Shown here: positions 57,462 through 64,000 of the stretch, in pieces
Layout of the letters: each line of letters starts with the position of its first letter
Numbering within the stretch: position 1 is the first letter of the stretch
Made by a program: the position numbers and the translations under genes
Notes under the pieces: generated by a model
Told to the model about the DNA's origin: nothing
What the model saw: only the letters and a program-made list of their open reading frames with translations
Database searches by the model: none
Assembly: GCA_029246995.1 (NCBI GenBank)
Contig: JAQWMB010000012.1
Span: forward strand, 28,653 to 92,652
Length of the DNA stretch: 64,000 nucleotides
From: Dehalococcoidia bacterium
GTDB lineage: Bacteria > Chloroflexota > Dehalococcoidia > UBA2979
Direction of reading: 5' to 3'

Positions 57462-58202
57462 GTGAGGGTAATGGATCCTAGTTATGTCGATATTAATTTT
57501 ATAAATAAAAATTCTTCTCGCCCTTATCTTATATCCAATATGATTATTTCTTCTGATGGTAATACTTTATTTACAGATGGTGAAAGCTCAGGTTTAGGCT
57601 CTGAAATTGATAAAAGATTGATGGGTGAATTACGATATCATGCAGATGTTGTATTGAATGGCGCAGAAACTCTTAGAATATGTGGCTCATCTTCATTAAT
57701 TCGTTCTGAATCATTAGTTACTAAGAGAGTATCAAATGGTAAAACTGCACATCCTATTGCTAGCGTTTTAACAAATAGCGGTAAATTACCTCTTGATAAT
57801 CGTTTTTTTACTTCAAATGAGTTTGATTCAATTGTTTTTCTTGATCATGAAGCTGATTCTGCAAAGTTTCAAAATTTAAAAAAATATTGTAAAGATGTTG
57901 TCCCTGTTCCAAAACACGATCGTGCAGTTTATATTTTAGAATATTTAAAAAAAACATATGATGCTAGTGTAGTCTTATTAGAAGGAGGACCATCTATTAA
58001 TGGTATTTTTTTTGAGGGTGGCTTAATAGATGAATATTTTATTACAATAAGTCCTCAAATTTTTATTCCAGAATTTTCTTTCACTTCTATTAAACCAAAT
58101 AAATTTGAAGGTATTTTACATCAGAAATTAGATTTGATTGCAGTGCAATCCTCAAAGGAATCAGGCGAAATATTTTTACGATATAAAAATAGAAATAATT
58201 AA
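57462..58202 (+). CDS. RibD C-terminal (DHFR-like) reductase domain protein
   Basis: RPY...NM..S.DG, LR..ADVVL.GA.T.R, LLEGGPSIN, LIDEYFITISP. Confidence 0.88.
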   Translation: MRVMDPSYVDINFINKNSSRPYLISNMIISSDGNTLFTDGESSGLGSEIDKRLMGELRYHADVVLNGAETLRICGSSSLIRSESLVTKRVSNGKTAHPIASVLTNSGKLPLDNRFFTSNEFDSIVFLDHEADSAKFQNLKKYCKDVVPVPKHDRAVYILEYLKKTYDASVVLLEGGPSINGIFFEGGLIDEYFITISPQIFIPEFSFTSIKPNKFEGILHQKLDLIAVQSSKESGEIFLRYKNRNN

Positions 58203-58218
58203 TTAATTTTTATCAGTA

Positions 58219-59634
58219 TTGGAGCTTAAAATGACCACTCAATCTCAGTTAACAAACAATGCTATCTCTTTTTTTGAGAGTTGTTCATATAGTAATTTTG
58301 ATAATAGCTTAGTTGAAATGTCTAAAAGATGTTTTATGGATGGCTTAGCAGTTATTATCGCTGGTACTGAGCAACCAGCTTTGCAGATAATGGAACAAGT
58401 ATTTACAAGAATTCCTTATCCAAATGAGTCAAGACTACTTGGTAAAGGTTCTATTAGTATGCCAGTAGAACTCACTGCAAGATGGAATGGTTTAGCAGGT
58501 CATGCTATGGATTGGGATGATACTCAATTATCTAAAGGTTCTGATAGATTGTATGGATTGCTTACTCATCCTACTATACCTCCTTTGGCAGCTGGACTTG
58601 CAATTGCTGACAAGTTGGGTAATGTATCAGGTAAGCAGTTTATTGAATCATTTGTTGCAGGGGTTGAAGTTGAATGCAAGCTTAATGAAGTGATTAATCC
58701 AGATCACTACGTAAAAGGTTTTCATAGTAGCGGTACTTTTGGTACATTTGGTGCTGTTACTACAGCTTCTAAACTTTTTAATCTTAATGCAAAGCAATAT
58801 GCAAATGCGCTTGGTATTGCAGCATCCTTAGCAGCAGGGATTAGGGTTAACTTTGGAACTATGACAAAGCCATTACATGTGGGTAGAGCTGCTGAAAATG
58901 GTGTTACAGCTGCAATATTAGCTCAATCAGGATTTACAGCAAACGAACAAGCTTTTGACGGACCTTGGGGATATATAAGTGTTGCTGGCCAGACTGGGCA
59001 GCCAGATTTTTCACTTGCTACTTTTGCTCAACCTTTTAGCTTAATCGATCCTGGCGTGAGCATTAAACCTTATCCATCTGGGGTCCTAACGCATCCAAGC
59101 ATGGATGCTATGAAGAAAATTATGATTGATCATAATATTCAATCTAATCAAATTAAAAATGTTCGCTTGTTTGCTGGCAATAATATATTAGGACCTATTA
59201 GATATAAAATTGCAAAAACTGAACTCGAAGGCAAATTTTCGATGGCCTTTTTATTATCTGCTATTATTATTTCTGGAAGAGCAGGAAAAAAGGAATTTAC
59301 TGATAACTATGTTCAATCTGAAGAAGTGCAAGCAATGCAGAAAAAAATATCTACGCATTATGATCAATCTATAGAAGCATTAGGGGTAGATAAAATTCGT
59401 TCTCGCATTGAAATTGAGCTTGATGATGGCCAAAATTTTACTATTGATGCAGATGAAAACTACCGTGGTGGACCAGATAATCCTTTAACTAATTTAGATA
59501 TTGAGAATAAATTTGATGTCTGTGCTGAAAATTTGTTTAATGAGGATCAATTAGTTGCAGTAAAATCATTCATATGGAATTTAGAGAATGAAGAGCATGT
59601 AAGTAAAATTGTTGATCTAGTAAATTATTCATAA
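58219..59634 (+). CDS. MmgE/PrpD family protein
   Basis: GHAMDWDD, THP, GFH.SG, GTMTKPLHVG.AA..G, IKPYPS, G.P.NPL. Confidence 0.92.
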   Translation: MELKMTTQSQLTNNAISFFESCSYSNFDNSLVEMSKRCFMDGLAVIIAGTEQPALQIMEQVFTRIPYPNESRLLGKGSISMPVELTARWNGLAGHAMDWDDTQLSKGSDRLYGLLTHPTIPPLAAGLAIADKLGNVSGKQFIESFVAGVEVECKLNEVINPDHYVKGFHSSGTFGTFGAVTTASKLFNLNAKQYANALGIAASLAAGIRVNFGTMTKPLHVGRAAENGVTAAILAQSGFTANEQAFDGPWGYISVAGQTGQPDFSLATFAQPFSLIDPGVSIKPYPSGVLTHPSMDAMKKIMIDHNIQSNQIKNVRLFAGNNILGPIRYKIAKTELEGKFSMAFLLSAIIISGRAGKKEFTDNYVQSEEVQAMQKKISTHYDQSIEALGVDKIRSRIEIELDDGQNFTIDADENYRGGPDNPLTNLDIENKFDVCAENLFNEDQLVAVKSFIWNLENEEHVSKIVDLVNYS

Positions 59635-59645
59635 TAATAGTTATC

Positions 59646-60449
59646 TTAGCTTAATTTCTTCTTCATCAGTTTCTTTAATTTTTTTGGTGGAGTTGCATTC
59701 CAAAAGCCATCCTTTGGTGTTTCTGTTTTTGATAAAATTTTTAATTTTATTGCATCAATGGTTGTCTTCATTGCATCAATCACTTCAATTCCTTTTGCAT
59801 TATATATTTGGTTTTTCCATAATAATTCTGCAAGTACCATTTGGCCAGGAATGATTATATCTACTCCATTATTTTTGGCTTCTTTCATTTTGCTCATGAA
59901 CGTACTAATGAGTTTATTTGGGTTTTGAAAAGCATCAATAATGTCATTGTATTCTAGTGGAAGAGATATTGATGGTATTGCATTATTTTGAAAGCTAGAG
60001 GCTTTAATTTGATAGTCTATAAGTTCTAATAAATTAGGATTAAATGCTAAAACTGCAAATTTCTTACCTGACTTACTGGCTTTTAACATAGCAGATTCGC
60101 CGTAACCAACCACTGGTATATCTACCAAGCTTCTTGTTTCAATCAATCCTAAATTTTGAATGGTTCCAAGGGCAAAGCCATTATATCCTTGTTCTTCTGC
60201 TTTTAAAGCATTCAATAATATTTGATTGCTGAACACCATACTACTAGATGCATATTTAGTCACTTCTGCTGGGCTTGTATCTAGAAAAAAATCTTTTGGC
60301 ATTCCATGAATATTAATTGAAACTCCTTTATTTTGTATTGCTTTAATATGCTCTGTGAGTAGTGCTTGGTATTCAGGAAAGGAATTAACTTCTAGGTATC
60401 CTTGATACCAAATCGATATTTTTTGTGATTTTTCTATTTTAAGAGCCAC
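59646..60449 (-). CDS. Asp/Glu/hydantoin racemase-family protein lacking Cys
   Basis: AEEQGY..F, GL.E.RSLVDIPVVGYGESAM, G.DIIIPG, VID. Confidence 0.75.
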   Translation of the reverse strand: MALKIEKSQKISIWYQGYLEVNSFPEYQALLTEHIKAIQNKGVSINIHGMPKDFFLDTSPAEVTKYASSSMVFSNQILLNALKAEEQGYNGFALGTIQNLGLIETRSLVDIPVVGYGESAMLKASKSGKKFAVLAFNPNLLELIDYQIKASSFQNNAIPSISLPLEYNDIIDAFQNPNKLISTFMSKMKEAKNNGVDIIIPGQMVLAELLWKNQIYNAKGIEVIDAMKTTIDAIKLKILSKTETPKDGFWNATPPKKLKKLMKKKLS

Positions 60450-62865
60450 GAATAGATCCCTTACTAACTAATTTATTGATTGTAGCTTTACTATAGCCTA
60501 GTTCTAAAAGTATTTTCTTTGTATGCTGTCCAAGACTCATCGGCGGGTTTGCGTATGTTTTAGAATGTGAAAAATTGATGACTGGGGAATGTCGATTAAT
60601 TTTACCCCATTTTGTTTTTGTTTCATGTGTTAAATGGTTATCTTTTGAATGTTGATTGTTCATGAGAAAGCTCCCAAAATTTTCATTATCAGCAACAGTG
60701 CAGTTAATTTTATTTTTGATAAAATATTTTTCTAGATTATTTGCTGTAAATTTTAAGAAGAAACTTTCTAAGTAGCAGTTTGCTAATTTTTTATTTTTAA
60801 AATGTTTATTTTCTACAGGGTTTTTTGGGTCTTTTTGCTGAATTAAACTACATAATTTTTTCCATTCTTGAAAATTTTGGATTATTAATAATATCCATTG
60901 ATTGTTATTATTTTTTTTAGTTTTGTATAAACGATTAAATGGTGATATTCCCAATAAATTATTATCAAGCTGTTCCGGTGATTTTCTATTCTTATAGTTG
61001 TAAAATTCATGGAATTGAGTATATGAATTAGCACCAAGCATATTCACTTCAATATGCTGACCTTGTTTTGCTTTTACTTGTGCATATAATCCAAATATCA
61101 TTGATGTTGCTGCTACTACTGAAGTATTTGGATCTGGGCTTGGCTCATTTGCTGCATGGATTTTTCTAGCAAGATCAGTGATCTCAGCTGTACTTAATTT
61201 ATTATAAGCTATTTTATTATTATGAATTTTGATACCAGCTTGTCTAAGAGCACCACCCAAAACAGCTCCAGCTATTGGGTGTGCTCCAGGTCTGTTAGCG
61301 CTTGGACCTAGCGATCCATATGCATTGACCCAAACATAGACTATTTCTTTATTACATTTTTTGACTGACTTATAATCAAAATTTAGTCGTTCTGCGACAC
61401 CTGGTCTATTATTGTGAATAATCAGATTAGATTTTAAAATAAGTTTTTGTAAAATAGAATTTCCAGACTTACTTTTTAGATCAATTGCTATACTTTCTTT
61501 TCCAGCATTCACTTTTGTTATTGGTATTTCATCCCTGTATGATCTAAATGGATCACCAGTAATCGGTTCAATTTTTATCACTCTTGCACCAAGGTCTGCG
61601 AGCATTGAACTTGCTAATGGTGCAGCTATTACAGAAGCAATTTCAAGGATAGTTATTCCTTTTAATGGTGCATCTTTTGAGTTATTTGTTTTTTTTGTTA
61701 GTGTAGAATGCATCTTAAATTTTTTTAAAGTTAATTCTGAATGTTCATTTATTAATGGTGCTGGTTTTTTTATTTTTGGTTTTAATTTAGAAAAATTTCC
61801 TATAAAGCCTGCTTGTAAAATTTCTCCATAGTGTGGATCTTTGCTTAGAATTATATTTTTATTTATTTTGATATCTTTTTGCTTTAATGAATTCTGAGTT
61901 GAAAGATATACTTCAGCAGCTATATTACCATTGTCTCTAAATTTCTTCATCCAAAATGATGCTGGCTTATTTCTGCCAGATTCTATTATCGTTTTTCTTA
62001 ATTCTTCTTTAATTTTTAAAAAATCTGGATGATGAAAAGATTGATTACTTTTTGTTATCATCTCTTTATCAAGTTTCATTTCATTTGCAAATGCTAAAAA
62101 TAATCTTTCAACTAAATTACCTGTTTGGATCCATTTATTATCTTTAGTTAAAAATGGTTGATATGATAAAGCAGGATTTTTATCAATAGTTCCAAATTCA
62201 CTTTTTGGGCCATAAAGTTGAGTATTTTTCTTTTCTAATTGATTTAAAAATAATTCATGAAAATCGTATAGCATCAGAGATTTTAATAAGCTAATTTCTA
62301 TTAGTTGTCCGACATTGTTATTTTGTTTTTCAATCAATGCAGCAACAATACCACTTAATGCATTGAAAACTGTTGCATGGCTAGCAACCGGTATGATGCT
62401 GTAAGAAGGCCCTTCTCTTTTGGATATAGATGCTAAAGTCTGCATTCTTCCAGATACTGCCGAGATGGTTGCGTCATATCCGGGATAATTTGCAAACTTA
62501 CCTTTTCTACCAAATCCAGTTATTGAGCAGTAGATTAAATTTTTATTATATATTTTTAGATCTTGGTATTCGATAGATAATGCATGTTGTTGTTGAGGGC
62601 TTCTTGCGCAAATCACAATATCTGCATTATTTAGTAGTTCATGCAGCTGGGCTTTATCTTTTTTTGTTTTTAAATTCAATACCAAGCTTTCTTTACCACG
62701 CATCCATATAGGAGACGAACCCATTGTACGGAATTTATCACCTCCAGGTTTTTCTATTGATAAAACTGTTGCTCCAAAATCAGCTAACACCATTGAAGTT
62801 AGACCTGCCACAGGACCAACTCCTAAGTCAATTACGTTTAGTCCATGAAAAATAGATGATTTCAT
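60439..62865 (-). CDS. Fused double-domain CoA-transferase family III (CaiB/BaiF)
   Basis: Two repeats: LADFGA.V..IE.PGGD..R / LADLGARVIKIEP..GD..R, K.S..L.LK, RPG...RL. Confidence 0.9.
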   Translation of the reverse strand: MKSSIFHGLNVIDLGVGPVAGLTSMVLADFGATVLSIEKPGGDKFRTMGSSPIWMRGKESLVLNLKTKKDKAQLHELLNNADIVICARSPQQQHALSIEYQDLKIYNKNLIYCSITGFGRKGKFANYPGYDATISAVSGRMQTLASISKREGPSYSIIPVASHATVFNALSGIVAALIEKQNNNVGQLIEISLLKSLMLYDFHELFLNQLEKKNTQLYGPKSEFGTIDKNPALSYQPFLTKDNKWIQTGNLVERLFLAFANEMKLDKEMITKSNQSFHHPDFLKIKEELRKTIIESGRNKPASFWMKKFRDNGNIAAEVYLSTQNSLKQKDIKINKNIILSKDPHYGEILQAGFIGNFSKLKPKIKKPAPLINEHSELTLKKFKMHSTLTKKTNNSKDAPLKGITILEIASVIAAPLASSMLADLGARVIKIEPITGDPFRSYRDEIPITKVNAGKESIAIDLKSKSGNSILQKLILKSNLIIHNNRPGVAERLNFDYKSVKKCNKEIVYVWVNAYGSLGPSANRPGAHPIAGAVLGGALRQAGIKIHNNKIAYNKLSTAEITDLARKIHAANEPSPDPNTSVVAATSMIFGLYAQVKAKQGQHIEVNMLGANSYTQFHEFYNYKNRKSPEQLDNNLLGISPFNRLYKTKKNNNNQWILLIIQNFQEWKKLCSLIQQKDPKNPVENKHFKNKKLANCYLESFFLKFTANNLEKYFIKNKINCTVADNENFGSFLMNNQHSKDNHLTHETKTKWGKINRHSPVINFSHSKTYANPPMSLGQHTKKILLELGYSKATINKLVSKGSIRGS

Positions 62866-62996
62866 TTCTGCCTCAAAATTACGAAAATCAGTTGTGATTT
62901 AAATACATTTACATAATTATTATTGTTAATATTTATGATACTGTTTTGATTGAAAAATTTCAGCAATAAAATACTACTTAGGAATGGGAGATAAAA

Positions 62997-63806
62997 ATGT
63001 CACTAAAGTGGGATCATGAAAAAATTCTATATGAGAAAGATAGTCATGTAGCGATAATTACTAAGAATAGACCTGATAAATTAAATGCTATGGATCAAGA
63101 AATGATGAATGCTTATTATGAAGCGATTGAAGATGCTGAAAACGACGACGACATAAGAGTTATTGTCATTACAGGTGTAGGTAAAGGGTGGCATCCAGGA
63201 GCTGATCCAGAGATGTTCCGAAAAGGCACAGCATCTATGAAAAAAGGGAATTTACCAGCTTGGACAAGGCCTCCAGCAAGTAATCCTCAGTTAAATACAC
63301 TTCGAAATTCTGGAAAAATATTTATAGCAGCAATTAATGGATATGCTTATGGTGCTGGTTTTGGTGATGCGCTTTGGTGTGATTTGAGAATTATTGCACA
63401 AAGTGCAAAGCTTGGTCCAGTATGGGCAAAATTCGCTGCTCCATTAGAAAATGCGACAAGTGCCACTTTAACAAGCCTTGTTGGTCCAGCTAAAGCACTG
63501 GAACTTTATTTGTTACGAGAACCCATTGAAGCAGACTATGCATTAAAACTTGGTTTGGCAAATTGGGTAGTACCTGATGATGAATTGAAGGACTTTACTA
63601 TAGATATGGCTAAAAGAATTGCTAAGAATTCGCCTTATGCAACTGCATTGTCTAAGTGGATGATATATAAGCAGGCCTCACCAAATGTTAGTGAGCATGT
63701 AGAATTGTATAGAATTGCTGAAAGCATAACTAGTATAACTGATGATTCTAAAGAAGGTGGTACTGCATTTCGAGAAAGAAGAGAGCCAGATTTTAAAGGA
63801 AGCTAA
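62997..63806 (+). CDS. Enoyl-CoA hydratase/isomerase (crotonase) family
   Basis: NRPDKLNAM, VIVITG.G, IAAINGYAYGAG, CDLRI, D.KEG..AF.ERR.P.FKG. Confidence 0.92.
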   Translation: MSLKWDHEKILYEKDSHVAIITKNRPDKLNAMDQEMMNAYYEAIEDAENDDDIRVIVITGVGKGWHPGADPEMFRKGTASMKKGNLPAWTRPPASNPQLNTLRNSGKIFIAAINGYAYGAGFGDALWCDLRIIAQSAKLGPVWAKFAAPLENATSATLTSLVGPAKALELYLLREPIEADYALKLGLANWVVPDDELKDFTIDMAKRIAKNSPYATALSKWMIYKQASPNVSEHVELYRIAESITSITDDSKEGGTAFRERREPDFKGS

Positions 63807-63807
63807 A

Positions 63808-64000
63808 TTGGTAGATGAGTTTTATTTGAAAACTGTAGATAGCTATAATGACTTAGAGCTATCTAATGAGATTAGAAAAATAGTTTTTGTAAATGAACAG
63901 GGCGTATTGCCTCAATTAGAAGATGATGGCTTAGACGGGATTGAAAATATTTATTCTAAAACTGCCATTGTAGTTGTAGGTTATTTAAATGAAGAACCAA
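63808..64000 (+). CDS. GNAT acetyltransferase (ElaA/YjcF-like), N-terminal part, runs off window
   Basis: Manual translation ...EIRKIVFVNEQGVLPQLEDDGLD... matches the IR..VFV.EQ.V...E.D..D motif. Confidence 0.8.
   Translation, partial: MVDEFYLKTVDSYNDLELSNEIRKIVFVNEQGVLPQLEDDGLDGIENIYSKTAIVVVGYLNEEP

Overview
AT-rich (roughly 30% GC by eye), densely packed bacterial chromosome segment. The gene set (fused accD-accA, DUF3090, F420-type LLM, fused CaiB/BaiF, signal-less SBP, class II photolyase) suggests a streamlined, probably photic-zone aquatic Chloroflexota (Dehalococcoidia/SAR202-like) genome; this is inference. Core content includes a nurA-herA-sbcD-sbcC-recF operon, menG/ubiE, purU, accDA, a TPP riboswitch with thiBPQ, ilvD, murB, pyrE, lepB, fba, dcd-ribD-ribE-ribBA-ribH, dnaN, tRNA-Lys(UUU), tRNA-Arg(UCU) and catabolic oxidoreductase/CoA clusters. 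The standout is the ~6 kb accessory region at 30.4-36.5 kb on the 5' side of tRNA-Lys. An integrase-free ~3 kb element is bounded by a 146-bp duplication of the tRNA 5' half plus its upstream region. It carries identical 22-bp arm-like repeats near both ends. It is subdivided by copies of a tandem 10-mer site (TTAATTCGTA)x2 at the junctions of co-oriented cargo genes for surface proteins (a pacifastin-like inhibitor and an HExxH lipoprotein peptidase); M23-like lipoproteins and small CDGSH proteins lie just outside it. This looks like a non-autonomous, cassette-accumulating integrative system with sites that are not attC.
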